Assembly: GCA_015064245.1 (NCBI GenBank)
Contig: SVSQ01000002.1
Coordinates: forward strand, 1 to 59,503
Source: Oscillospiraceae bacterium
GTDB lineage: Bacteria; Bacillota; Clostridia; Oscillospirales; CAG-272
Length of the DNA: 59,503 bases
Reading direction: 5' to 3'
Shown here piece after piece: positions 50,340-59,503 of this stretch. Under the pieces are notes generated by a model. The model worked only from the letters and a program-made list of their open reading frames with translations, did no database searches and was not told where the DNA came from. Each line of letters begins with the position of its first letter. Positions within the stretch are counted from its first letter, which is position 1. Both the position numbers and the translations under genes were made by a program.

Positions 50340-51455
50340 TCAGTAAGAGGTAATAAACCCCGTAGTTATAAATAAGATCATTGACAAAAGAGAAACAAGA
50401 AGCGTAAAAATGATGATGGCGTTGATTATATTCAGTATATCTACTGCCGAGTCGTAAAGCGATTTTTCCACGCCTGCGCCAAGCAGTCCGCAAAACATAG
50501 AAAACATTCCGAATACGGTCTTCAGAAGCAGCAGATCTGTAATTATCGGCAGAGCCGTAAGAACCATCGCGAAAATAAACGTTCCGCCAACGCTTGTCCT
50601 AAGGAGCTTGAATCCGGCTGAGACCGTACGCATAGATTCGCTTACTGCGCCGCCGACTATAGGGATAAAATTCGTAGCTGCAAACCTGATCGTTCTCATC
50701 CCTAAGGAATCCTTAGAAGCTCCGAGGATGGACTGAAAGCTCATAACCGACAGAAGAAGGGTGGTTATGAATTTAAGCGTATTCATAACCGTGTTTTTAG
50801 CTACTTTAAATATACCGGTATCTGAAAGATAGCTCGTCATTTTTTCAAATAGCATAATGACCATAAGTATATATACGAGAGGAGCGATAAAACGCATTAT
50901 AATATCGTTGATAAACGACAGCGCAACGCCTACAGATGCTCCCGAAACAAGAGCAGAAACCGTGCACCCTGAGCTAAGCAAAATGGCGTATAGAGAGGGA
51001 AGTGTCAGCCCAAGAATATCGGTAAGCGATGCAAGCGCGGCTTCTGAGCTCTTGACGACTTCCGAAAATATGCCGAATACAGCCACGATATGGACAAGTG
51101 ACGTAACATAACCCTCAGAAATCATAAATCGTTCGCTTCGCACGATCCTTTTTATGACAGATGAAAGAAATATCATTATCATAATAAGATTTATATATCC
51201 TGAATACTTTGAAAACGAGCTTTTTATGTATGATCCTACGATCTCAAGCACGTTGGTCATCTCGATATTATCGGTATCGGAAACTCCGTTTTCGCTGAGA
51301 ATATCTTCAATTTCCGTTGAGATATATTGCTCCGACGAATATTTTTCCAGCTCTGTATCTTCATTTATTATAATATCATCAGCTAAAACACGCAAATCAA
51401 AGCAAAATAGCCAAATGATAAGCGAAAAAGCCAATATAAACAGCCTTTTATTCAT
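50340..51455 (-). CDS. spoIIIAE: stage III sporulation protein AE
   Basis: 371 aa, signal sequence plus multiple TMs, operon position. Confidence 0.8.
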   Translation of the reverse strand: MNKRLFILAFSLIIWLFCFDLRVLADDIIINEDTELEKYSSEQYISTEIEDILSENGVSDTDNIEMTNVLEIVGSYIKSSFSKYSGYINLIMIMIFLSSVIKRIVRSERFMISEGYVTSLVHIVAVFGIFSEVVKSSEAALASLTDILGLTLPSLYAILLSSGCTVSALVSGASVGVALSFINDIIMRFIAPLVYILMVIMLFEKMTSYLSDTGIFKVAKNTVMNTLKFITTLLLSVMSFQSILGASKDSLGMRTIRFAATNFIPIVGGAVSESMRTVSAGFKLLRTSVGGTFIFAMVLTALPIITDLLLLKTVFGMFSMFCGLLGAGVEKSLYDSAVDILNIINAIIIFTLLVSLLSMILFITTGFITSY

Positions 51456-51850
51456 GTTTTAAGCAGCGAAAATACGTCGGAAAGCAGAGCTTTAAGTACG
51501 GGAAGCGACATAATTATTATTGAAGCGTTTCCCGCGAATTCCACGGCGTTTACCAGCGTATTCTCACCGTGATCTTTGCAAATATCTGAGGTTATCTGGC
51601 AAATTATAGCGATCGCGGCTGTTTTTAATACAATGGGAAGAAGGTCAACGTTAAGAATATTGCCGTCAAAGGCTTTTTTAAGCAGATTTATAAGCGGTTC
51701 AAGGGATAAAACGACTATGCTCAGTATTATTACAGCAGCGCTTTCCGAGCTGTATCTTGATAAAACAGAGCCCTGAGATCTGAGAATAACCCCTAAAACC
51801 ACCGCAATAACCGCTATTCCGCATATTTTCAATATATCAGACAACGCCAA
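51452..51850 (-). CDS. spoIIIAD: stage III sporulation protein AD
   Basis: 132 aa polytopic membrane protein, operon position after AC. Confidence 0.8.
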   Translation of the reverse strand: MALSDILKICGIAVIAVVLGVILRSQGSVLSRYSSESAAVIILSIVVLSLEPLINLLKKAFDGNILNVDLLPIVLKTAAIAIICQITSDICKDHGENTLVNAVEFAGNASIIIMSLPVLKALLSDVFSLLKT

Positions 51851-52034
51851 ACACTCCTTTGATAACGTCTATAAGCTCGCCGACCTTATTTATAAGTATG
51901 AAAATTACTATCATTATTCCCGCAAGAGATACGTAATCCGATTGATCGCTTCGTCCGTTTTTTGCCAGAACCTGGCATAATACGGATACTATTATGCCTA
52001 TTCCGGCAATTTTCAATATCAGATTTACTTCCAT
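51837..52034 (-). CDS. spoIIIAC: stage III sporulation protein AC
   Basis: 65 aa two-TM protein (ILKIAGIGIIVSVL...), operon position. Confidence 0.8.
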   Translation of the reverse strand: MEVNLILKIAGIGIIVSVLCQVLAKNGRSDQSDYVSLAGIMIVIFILINKVGELIDVIKGVFGVV

Positions 52035-52058
52035 TTATTTATATACCTTTCCACGGAA

Positions 52059-52502
52059 TCAAATGAACAGTATAGCTATCATAGCGGTTATTCCCGGATA
52101 TACGTAAAACACGGTTTTTTTGCATTTTAAGTATTCCGAGGATGCTTTTTCATAACTTGACCGAGTGATCCTGATCAGTTCGTCGCATTTTTCTTCAAAA
52201 TTTGATAATACTGCCGATGTGATGTCTCTCAGCCTTTCGTATATATCCGAGGCTGATATCGCGTTATGTGTCATAGTTCTCAGAAGATCGGAAATCTCCG
52301 AAAAATCGCTGCAGGAAACGCCTATAGCGTCTGCAATGATATCGCTGACGGGAGACATTTTATATACGTGATCTTCCTTGATATTTTCTGCTATATCACA
52401 AAGCAGCTTGTTGCTTTCAAGGACAGAACGCATGTTTTTTTCCTTGTTAACCGCCGCGAGCATTGACAGTGCTATTGCCAAAAAGCATATAAATGTTCTC
52501 AT
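52059..52502 (-). CDS. spoIIIAB: stage III sporulation protein AB
   Basis: 147 aa with terminal TMs flanking a helical cytoplasmic domain, operon position. Confidence 0.75.
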   Translation of the reverse strand: MRTFICFLAIALSMLAAVNKEKNMRSVLESNKLLCDIAENIKEDHVYKMSPVSDIIADAIGVSCSDFSEISDLLRTMTHNAISASDIYERLRDITSAVLSNFEEKCDELIRITRSSYEKASSEYLKCKKTVFYVYPGITAMIAILFI

Positions 52503-52505
52503 ATT

Positions 52506-53372
52506 TCAAATTTCCGTTATATCGTAATAATACTTATTATCCCGTCTATGGATATTTACAGCTGCGTCGAACACGTTATTTTCAAGGAGAAACGCTATAT
52601 TTTTCCGTCTTTTAACCTGATTTATATCATTACCGTGAGCAGACGCTATTATAGGTACACCGGCGTTCAACGCTTCACAAACAGCCTCGGTCTCATGGCT
52701 GGATCCAAGCTCGTCGCATATGATATACTGTGGATTAAAATATCCGGTAGCTATAGATATACCTTCAGCCTTGGGATAACCGCTAAATAGATCGATAAGC
52801 CCGCTTTTAACGGTATCACAGTACAGCTCGCGCTTAGTGTCTATGACCGAAACTCTGCGCAAGTGTGGCGGAGACGACAGTATAGCGGAAAGCGAGCGAA
52901 GTAGCGTTGTTTTACCGCAGCCGGGCGCAGATACTGCAAGAAGACTGACACGGTAGTTTTTTGATTTTATGTAATCTATAACGTCATCACATTCAGCGAC
53001 AGAGCTAAACGGTATTCTGATATTGATATAACTGATACGACGTATAGATTTGATAACACCGTCTGCAAGAAATGCATCACCGCCGACGCCTGCGCGTATA
53101 TTATATTTTAAAGGTATAAACCCGAGGCGTATCAAAGGCTCGTAAAGGATAAGATTATTATCTGTAAGCTTGGCGACTATGTAGTCTATATCCGAATACG
53201 TTACTGTAAGCGCTGTGGTGATATTATCATCGCGGGCGGTAAACGATAGTGGTAAATTTAAACGCAGACGGATCTCGGAGACGCTCGTATATATAGTAAG
53301 GAAATTTTTAACCGCAGGACGAAAATGAGTCGGAAATAATGACAGAATATAATCAAGCATAATACCGTTCAT
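52506..53372 (-). CDS. spoIIIAA: stage III sporulation protein AA (secretion-type ATPase)
   Basis: 288 aa; Walker A SAPGCGKTTLLR, Walker B YIICDELG; first gene of the operon. Confidence 0.85.
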   Translation of the reverse strand: MNGIMLDYILSLFPTHFRPAVKNFLTIYTSVSEIRLRLNLPLSFTARDDNITTALTVTYSDIDYIVAKLTDNNLILYEPLIRLGFIPLKYNIRAGVGGDAFLADGVIKSIRRISYINIRIPFSSVAECDDVIDYIKSKNYRVSLLAVSAPGCGKTTLLRSLSAILSSPPHLRRVSVIDTKRELYCDTVKSGLIDLFSGYPKAEGISIATGYFNPQYIICDELGSSHETEAVCEALNAGVPIIASAHGNDINQVKRRKNIAFLLENNVFDAAVNIHRRDNKYYYDITEI

Positions 53373-53411
53373 AACAGCACCTCACAAATGAACTTGTCCG
53401 CATCCGTATAA

Positions 53412-53439
53412 TATATATGCGTATCCAAATATAAATATG
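53412..53439 (-). promoter_or_regulatory. candidate sigma-E-dependent promoter of spoIIIA
   Basis: Minus strand ACATATT (-35-like, to 53439), 14-nt spacer, CATATATA (-10-like, 53412-53419). Compare the B. subtilis sigma-E consensus kmATATT-N14-CATACAhT. Confidence 0.4.
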
Positions 53440-53553
53440 TCATCAAGGCAAGCTATAAATACCATATATATTCCCTGACCCCAAAAAATCTATTCTCCTT
53501 ATTATACTAAATTTCCATTTAGTATAATTCACCTTATGTAATTCCCGGATAGA

Positions 53554-53584
53554 ATATAAAAGGAACAGATACGCTCTGTTCCTT
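53554..53584 (-). terminator. intrinsic terminator after the ABC-F gene
   Basis: Minus strand AGGAACAG..CTGTTCCT hairpin (53561-53583) followed by a T-rich run. Confidence 0.7.
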
Positions 53585-53596
53585 AAATTATTGAAT

Positions 53597-55426
53597 TTAT
53601 ACTTCTTCACCGATCTCCATAAGGAATTCGTAGTGCTCCAGAAGCTTTGCTTCTATCTGATTTCTTTTTTCAAACAGCTCAGCCAGTCTCTTGTGATCCG
53701 TAGCCGCAGGACCGTTGCACTCCTCGTCGATCTCCTGTATCCTCGCCTCAATAGATCTCACTTCTCTTTTAGCTACTTCTATCTTGTGAGCGAATTTGCG
53801 TTTATTGGATTGTTCTTCCTTCTTGCGGTTGTATTCAGCCTTTGAAGCAGTCTCGGCTTTGACCGTCTCCTGCGTCTCGTTTGCTATCAGATATTTTTCT
53901 TTATATTCCAGATACTCGGAATACCCGCCCTTATAATCAAATACTCTGTTCTGATCGACAGCGTTGAATACAAGCATACGGGTTGACAGCTTATCTATAA
54001 AATATCTGTCGTGGCTTACCGCAAGTATCGTACCGTCGAAATCCTCAAGAGCGCTTTCAAGTGCTTCTCTGCTGTTTATATCCAGATGGTTCGTCGGCTC
54101 GTCGAGTATAAGGAAATTATTCTTTGACATTATCAGCTTAGCCAGAGTAAGACGGGCTCTTTCTCCGCCTGACAGCACGCTCACTTCCTTGAAGCAGTCC
54201 TCTCCCGTAAACAGGAATCTTGCAAGGATCGCCCTGATCTCTCCCGGAGAAAGACTGTCGTTTACGTTCCAAAGCTCATCCATGACCGTGTTGCTCGTAT
54301 CGAGATCCTGGTTTTCCTGATCGTAGTACGCACAATGGACGTTGTATCCGATATCAACAACTCCGTTATCCGCAGGGATCCTTCCGGCGATTATCTTGAT
54401 CAGAGTTGATTTGCCGCAGCCATTATTTCCAAAAAGAAAGGCTTTGTCCTGATATTTAAGCTCAAAGGATACGTCCGAAAACAGCTCTCTTTCTCCGTAA
54501 CGCTTGCCTACCTTGCGGACGGACAAAACGTCATCACCCGAGCGTCCTGCCGAAGCAAATGAGAGCTTTATCTTTTCAGGCAGAGCCGATACCTTTTCGA
54601 CTCTTTCCATCTTTTTCAGCTGTTTTTCACGGCTTTCTGCGGCAATTATATTGCGTTCTCTGTTCCATTTGCGCTGATTAGCTATATAAGCCTCGATCCT
54701 GGCTATCTCTTTCTGCTGATCCTTATAATGCTTTTCCTGGACCTCTCTGTCCTTTTTCTTCTGATTTGCGTAGAAAGTATAGTTACCGTTATAAAGCTTT
54801 CCTTTATGGTTCTCTATCTCAAGTGTTTTTGTGGTAACTTTATCAAGAAAATACCTATCGTGGGATATTATCAGCACTGTTTTACCGCTGTTTTTAAGGT
54901 ATTCCTCAAGCCAGTCCAGCGACGATATATCAAGATGGTTAGTGGGCTCGTCCAGCATCAGGATATCGTAGTTTTTGAGCAACACCGACGCCAGCGCGAT
55001 CCTTGTCTTTTGTCCGCCGCTCAAAGCAGATACGGGCAGACCGTGTATCTCGCCATCGCTGAATCCGAGATTTTTCAAAAAGCCTTTTACGCGGCTGATA
55101 TACTCGCCTTTAGCCTGTTCTATCGCGTTTACGTCGTTTACCCTCGGCGGAACGAATTCGTCCGCAAGGGCGTCGTAAATATTCTTGTCGCTTTCATATT
55201 CAATATGCTGTTTAAGTACGCCCAGCCGCAGATTCTTCGATATATATATATTACCTTCGTCGGATGAATACTCACCCGAAAATATCTTTATAAGCGTTGT
55301 TTTTCCCGCTCCGTTTACACCAACTATTCCAAGTCTTTCCCCTTCGTTTATACTGAAGGTTACTTTGTCCAGAATAATTTCAGTACCGTAGCTTAATGAA
55401 ACGCTTTCGCAACCAATTGCTATCAT
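53597..55426 (-). CDS. ABC-F family ATPase with C-terminal coiled-coil (Uup-like)
   Basis: 609 aa; two Walker A (GVNGAGKTT, GNNGCGKST), two LSGG signatures, Lys/Glu-rich C-terminal helix. Confidence 0.85.
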   Translation of the reverse strand: MIAIGCESVSLSYGTEIILDKVTFSINEGERLGIVGVNGAGKTTLIKIFSGEYSSDEGNIYISKNLRLGVLKQHIEYESDKNIYDALADEFVPPRVNDVNAIEQAKGEYISRVKGFLKNLGFSDGEIHGLPVSALSGGQKTRIALASVLLKNYDILMLDEPTNHLDISSLDWLEEYLKNSGKTVLIISHDRYFLDKVTTKTLEIENHKGKLYNGNYTFYANQKKKDREVQEKHYKDQQKEIARIEAYIANQRKWNRERNIIAAESREKQLKKMERVEKVSALPEKIKLSFASAGRSGDDVLSVRKVGKRYGERELFSDVSFELKYQDKAFLFGNNGCGKSTLIKIIAGRIPADNGVVDIGYNVHCAYYDQENQDLDTSNTVMDELWNVNDSLSPGEIRAILARFLFTGEDCFKEVSVLSGGERARLTLAKLIMSKNNFLILDEPTNHLDINSREALESALEDFDGTILAVSHDRYFIDKLSTRMLVFNAVDQNRVFDYKGGYSEYLEYKEKYLIANETQETVKAETASKAEYNRKKEEQSNKRKFAHKIEVAKREVRSIEARIQEIDEECNGPAATDHKRLAELFEKRNQIEAKLLEHYEFLMEIGEEV

Positions 55427-55441
55427 TATTCAGTCTCCGAG

Positions 55442-55798
55442 TCAATTTATGTATGGAACGCTCTCGCTTGCTTTTTCTATCCTTGAATACGTGATCGCAA
55501 ACGCGATAAATCTGATAGGAAATGCAGAAGCTATAGCAAGGAGTACAGCAGCAGTGTTTCCTCTTCCCTGCTCTTCGTAGCTATCGAGCGTACGGTTCAC
55601 GGAATACGTCCAGTATATTCCGTAAATACCAAAGGTTATTATATTAAGGATAAACTCCTTCATAGGATAAATAACGTTTCCGTCCTTGTCAAATCTGAGC
55701 ATCCTTGAAAAAGTATAAACAAATATAAGATCAGCGATACCGAACGTACAGAAGCCAAGAATGAACACGATGCTTGGCTTTAATTTTCTCTGTTTCAT
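55442..55798 (-). CDS. DUF4234-like small membrane protein
   Basis: 118 aa, three TMs, FGIYGIYWTY motif. Confidence 0.6.
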   Translation of the reverse strand: MKQRKLKPSIVFILGFCTFGIADLIFVYTFSRMLRFDKDGNVIYPMKEFILNIITFGIYGIYWTYSVNRTLDSYEEQGRGNTAAVLLAIASAFPIRFIAFAITYSRIEKASESVPYIN

Positions 55799-55822
55799 TT
55801 ATACGACCATTCCTTCACGCTT

Positions 55823-56158
55823 TTAAAATTTGTAGCCGCAGTACGGGCAGAAGGCAGCGTCCGCCGGTACCTTCTCTCCGCACCAGCTGCAGGATCTCTC
55901 ACCTTTTTCGGCGTCTCCGAGCTCTTCAAGCTTGGCTTTAAGACGCGTGATCTCCTCGGAAAGCTTCGTGCTCTCCTCGGTCGCGTCGGTACTGCTTATA
56001 AGCTCCTCGTATCTGATCCGTCCGAGAGTTTTGTATAGCTCGTCAAGCTCCGATGCAGTCTTATACTTAGTATGAGTATTTTCAACCTTTTCTGCGATTG
56101 CTCCCGCGGTCTTCTTTATATCCTCTGCCGCTTTTTTTAAATAACTTGATATTTCCAT
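55823..56158 (-). CDS. coiled-coil protein with C-terminal zinc ribbon
   Basis: CSWCGEKV...CPYCGYKF. ATG at 56158 has better RBS spacing (GAAGGGA, 12 nt) than the track start at 56170. Confidence 0.55.
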   Translation of the reverse strand: MEISSYLKKAAEDIKKTAGAIAEKVENTHTKYKTASELDELYKTLGRIRYEELISSTDATEESTKLSEEITRLKAKLEELGDAEKGERSCSWCGEKVPADAAFCPYCGYKF

Positions 56159-56196
56159 AAATATGAACATTCCCTTCGTATATCAATAGCGTTTCG

Positions 56197-56469
56197 TTAC
56201 CAGGAAAGCTGTCCGCTGGTCAAAATATCGGATTTTTGCACCACACCAACCCTGCTTTCAATGTATTCAAGTATATCAGCCACGGTCTTGACTGACATGA
56301 TCTCCTCGTCGCTTATCTCGATATTAAATACTCTCTCGAACTCCGCCGCCATCTGTACTATATCAAGAGAATCAGCGCCAAAATCACCCACTACGTCCGC
56401 ATCGAGCGTTATATCATCGGGATCCAGCGAAAGCTGAGCGGACAGTATCTCCATTATTTTTTCAAGCAT
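56197..56469 (-). CDS. acyl carrier protein-like (stand-alone)
   Basis: 90 aa; phosphopantetheine site GADSLDIVQM. Confidence 0.75.
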   Translation of the reverse strand: MLEKIMEILSAQLSLDPDDITLDADVVGDFGADSLDIVQMAAEFERVFNIEISDEEIMSVKTVADILEYIESRVGVVQKSDILTSGQLSW

Positions 56470-56559
56470 AACCTTATCATCCTATTAAAAATATAATTAT
56501 ATTTATTATATATTATATAAAAAAATAAATCAATATTGAATTTGTAAATTAAAGCTCTC

Positions 56560-56588
56560 TTGACAAAGGCGAAAATATATAGTATAAT
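56560..56588 (+). promoter_or_regulatory. consensus sigma-A promoter for rlmA
   Basis: TTGACA (56560-56565), 17-nt spacer, TATAAT (56583-56588). Confidence 0.7.
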
Positions 56589-56614
56589 AAGGAAAAAGCA
56601 CTCGGAGAAGCGTT

Positions 56615-57436
56615 ATGTATATATGTCCAAAATGTTCACAAAAGTTGATCAGAAATGAAAATACCTATAAATGCGAGCTCGGACACAGCTACGATATCGC
56701 CTCTGCCGGTTACGTCAACCTGATATTATCAAGCAAAAAGAGCGCAGTACACGGCGATAACAAGGAAATGATCGACGCCAGAAGAAGATTTTTGTCTCTC
56801 GGTCATTACAGCGCAATACCAAATATATTATTCGATCTGATACGCTCATATATAAATGATTCAGACGGTATCAATATATTGGACGCAGGCTGCGGAGAGG
56901 GCTATTATACCGGAGCGCTTGCAGATAAATGTAGTTCCGACGATATTTCGGCAAATATTTACGGCGTCGACGTGTCAAAAGACGCAGTTTTGCCTGCAGC
57001 CAAGCGATACAAAAGCATAAATTTCGCCGTTGCAAGCGTAAACGCGTTACCTTTCGCTAACGAAAGGTTTGACGTAGTTTTGTCGCTTTTCGCTCCGCTT
57101 GCGGAAAAAGAATTCCACAGAGTTCTTAAAAACGGCGGTATCTTAATAACCGTAAGCCCATCACCCAGACATCTTTTCGGACTGAAGGAAAAGATCTATG
57201 ATACGCCTTATCTCAATCCCATCACGACCTTTGAGCCGGAAATTCTGACAAAAGCCAATGAGATCATCCACTCCGAAAAAATTCATTTATCGTCTCAGAA
57301 TGAAATACAAGACCTTTTCAAAATGACTCCGTATTATTATAACACGGGCAAAAAAGACATTGAAAAGCTCTCGCCACTCTCGGATCTTGACACCGAGATC
57401 GGATTCGTATTCGGCATCTACAGGAAATACCCATAA
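56615..57436 (+). CDS. rlmA: 23S rRNA (guanine745-N1)-methyltransferase RlmA-like
   Basis: N-terminal Zn finger CPKC...C.LGH, SAM motif ILDAGCGEGYY. Confidence 0.8.
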   Translation: MYICPKCSQKLIRNENTYKCELGHSYDIASAGYVNLILSSKKSAVHGDNKEMIDARRRFLSLGHYSAIPNILFDLIRSYINDSDGINILDAGCGEGYYTGALADKCSSDDISANIYGVDVSKDAVLPAAKRYKSINFAVASVNALPFANERFDVVLSLFAPLAEKEFHRVLKNGGILITVSPSPRHLFGLKEKIYDTPYLNPITTFEPEILTKANEIIHSEKIHLSSQNEIQDLFKMTPYYYNTGKKDIEKLSPLSDLDTEIGFVFGIYRKYP

Positions 57437-57518
57437 CGGATAATCGCACCAAATATGAGCGTTTTTTTAACAAGTGCAACAAAAATTAAATTTATTGATA
57501 TACAGAGGAGTAAAAATT

Positions 57519-58937
57519 ATGAAAAAATTCATGGATGAAAGCTTTCTCCTGAAAACCGAGACAGCGAAGCTGTTGTATGATAACTATGCGTCTAAGCTCC
57601 CTATCATCGACTACCACTGTCATATAAGCCCTAAGGAGATGGCTGAAAACAAAAGCTACAGAAACATTACAGAGCTTTGGCTCGGCGGCGACCACTATAA
57701 GTGGAGAGCTATCCGTTCCTGCGGTGTTCCGGAAAAGTATATTACCGGCGACGCGTCGGATTATGAAAAGTTCAAGGCGTTTGCAACTGTAATGCCCAAG
57801 CTTATTGGAAACCCTCTTTACCATTGGTCACACCTCGAACTCAAGAGATATTTCGGCTACAACGGAATACTTAACGCGGATACCTGCGACGAGGTATGGG
57901 AGCTTTGTAACGAAAAGCTCGCATCTCCCGAAATGACCGCTAAGAATATCGTTATGAGTTCAAACGTTGAGCTTCTCTGCACAACAGATGATCCTATTGA
58001 CAGCCTTGAGTATCACAAGATCATAGCTGAGGACAAGAATTTCACAACAAAGGTTCTGCCCGCATTCCGTCCCGACAAGGGGCTTAAGGTGTGCGACGCA
58101 GGATATAAGGCGTACATCGACAGTCTCGCGAAAGCCGCAGAGGTTGATATCAAGGACGTCTATACACTTAAAGAGGCATTTGTAAAGCGTATCGATTACT
58201 TTGCTTCTCTCGGATGCAAGACGTCTGACCACGGTATCGATAACTATATCCCCTTCTCTCTCGCAGTAAATGAAAAAGAGATCGACGATATCTTCAAGAA
58301 GGCGTACGAGACTGACGGCGGAGTTTCCGTTGAGGATGCAGACAAATTCAGAACTTATATGTTCAAGTTCTTCGGCGGAGAGTTCAAGAAGCGCGGCTGG
58401 GTAATGCAGTTCCATTACGGCGTTCTCCGCAACTCTAACTCCATTGAGTTCAAGAAGATGGGCCCCGATACAGGATACGACGTTATCGACGGTAACGCTT
58501 CTTCCGGAGCGAACCTCGCAAGACTTCTTAACTATATGCATACAGGTGACGCGCTCCCCAGAACTGTCATCTACTCTATCAACCCCGCTGATAACGCTGT
58601 TATCGGTACTATAATCGGAGCTTTCCAAACCGACTCCGAGGGCGGTATGCCCAGAGTTATGCAGGGCAGCGCTTGGTGGTTCAATGATAACAAGACCGGT
58701 ATGCGCTCTCAGATGGTATCTCTTGCAAACCTTTCCGCTTTCGGTAATTTCCTCGGAATGCTCACCGACTCCAGAAGCTTTATCTCCTATCCCAGACACG
58801 AATATTTCCGCCGCATCCTCTGCAACCTTATCGGCGATTGGGTTGAAAACGGCGAGTATCCCGCAGATTATGAGGCTCTTGCCGATCTTATTATGGATAT
58901 CTGCTATAATAACACCAAGAACTTCTTTGGTTTTTAA
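57519..58937 (+). CDS. uxaC: glucuronate isomerase
   Basis: ATG at 57519 after AGGAG; MKKFMDESFLL, IIDYHCHISPKE, WLGGDHYKWR, TDSRSF. Confidence 0.9.
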   Translation: MKKFMDESFLLKTETAKLLYDNYASKLPIIDYHCHISPKEMAENKSYRNITELWLGGDHYKWRAIRSCGVPEKYITGDASDYEKFKAFATVMPKLIGNPLYHWSHLELKRYFGYNGILNADTCDEVWELCNEKLASPEMTAKNIVMSSNVELLCTTDDPIDSLEYHKIIAEDKNFTTKVLPAFRPDKGLKVCDAGYKAYIDSLAKAAEVDIKDVYTLKEAFVKRIDYFASLGCKTSDHGIDNYIPFSLAVNEKEIDDIFKKAYETDGGVSVEDADKFRTYMFKFFGGEFKKRGWVMQFHYGVLRNSNSIEFKKMGPDTGYDVIDGNASSGANLARLLNYMHTGDALPRTVIYSINPADNAVIGTIIGAFQTDSEGGMPRVMQGSAWWFNDNKTGMRSQMVSLANLSAFGNFLGMLTDSRSFISYPRHEYFRRILCNLIGDWVENGEYPADYEALADLIMDICYNNTKNFFGF

Positions 58938-58957
58938 TTAACTGCGAAATATAAACA

Positions 58958-58992
58958 AACACCGCCAAGCTTTATTGCTTGGCGGTGTTTTG
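58958..58992. terminator. bidirectional intrinsic terminator
   Basis: AACACCGCCAAGC (58958-58970) / GCTTGGCGGTGTT (58977-58989), then TTT. Confidence 0.8.
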
Positions 58993-59003
58993 ACATCGTG
59001 TAA

Positions 59004-59503
59004 TTATTTCTTATATTTTTTTACGAACTTTTCGATCTTTTCAAGGGCGAGCGTGATATGCTTAACTGAATACGCGTAGGAAATGCGCGCAAAGCCTTCT
59101 CCGCAGGCTCCGAATGCCGTGCCTGGGACTATTGCGACTTTCTCTTCATATAAAAGCTTTTCACAAAATTCCTCGCTTGTCATACCGAAGCCGCTGATGT
59201 TCGGATAAACGTAGAACGCGCCCTCAGGCTCGAAGCAGCTTAGTCCGATCTTACGGAGTCCGTCAACGATCAGTCTTCTTCTGCGATTATATTCCGCCGT
59301 CATCTCCGCAATATCCGGATCTCCGAATTTCAGCGCCTCGATCGCCGCCTTCTGACTGGTGGTCGGAGCGCACATGATAGCGTACTGGTGGATCTTATGC
59401 ATCTGCTCGGTTATCTCATGCGGTGCGGCAACATAACCCATTCTCCAGCCCGTCATCGCATATGCCTTTGAAAAACCGTTTACAACTATAGTCCTCTCTC
59501 TCA
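59004..59503 (-). CDS. class I/II pyridoxal-phosphate aminotransferase, C-terminal part (N-terminus beyond window end)
   Basis: Frame open to the window edge; TGWRMGY, FEPEGAFY, VAIVPGTAFG, RISYA motifs. Confidence 0.8.
   Translation of the reverse strand, partial: RERTIVVNGFSKAYAMTGWRMGYVAAPHEITEQMHKIHQYAIMCAPTTSQKAAIEALKFGDPDIAEMTAEYNRRRRLIVDGLRKIGLSCFEPEGAFYVYPNISGFGMTSEEFCEKLLYEEKVAIVPGTAFGACGEGFARISYAYSVKHITLALEKIEKFVKKYKK

Noticed and set aside
57960-58799. 279-aa minus-strand ORF antisense to uxaC
   Set aside because: It is a shadow ORF opposite a conserved gene, with no start context.

Overview
Chromosomal segment (about 45% GC by eye) of an endospore-forming Clostridia-class Firmicute, shown by spoIIGA-sigE and a spoIIIAA-AG operon. 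Most of the window is housekeeping. It contains the RNase P RNA 3' part, murD, mnmA, luxS, cysK, fhs, obg, ligA, rpmG-secE-nusG-rplK-rplA, aspS, hisS, two ABC-F ATPases and uxaC. The accessory content sits at 20.7-38.8 kb. It comprises an ECF sigma/anti-sigma/lipoprotein/MBOAT/DHHW envelope module and three leaderless heparinase II/III-like paralogues. It also holds a SASA-type esterase lipoprotein, an uncharacterised HExxH protein and an AraC regulator. The stand-out is a ~0.77 kb ORF-free tract (34054-34819) between heparinase-like paralogue 2 and tRNA-Val(GAC). Its core (34359-34561) is an A-rich, strand-asymmetric array of about 15 C(C)AATAG direct repeats spaced roughly one helical turn apart. 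The tract is closed by a strong + strand intrinsic terminator. I read it as a candidate undescribed long ncRNA / 3' UTR protein-binding platform, or alternatively an iteron-like DNA array. A neutral minisatellite cannot be excluded from sequence alone. Other points are a frame-interrupted murD, a spoIIG-type promoter with a 21-bp spacer, and a spoIIIA operon ending at AG. There is also an unlisted rpmG gene and several perfect palindromes in intergenic regions. No CRISPR array, transposase, integrase or recognisable defence system was seen.
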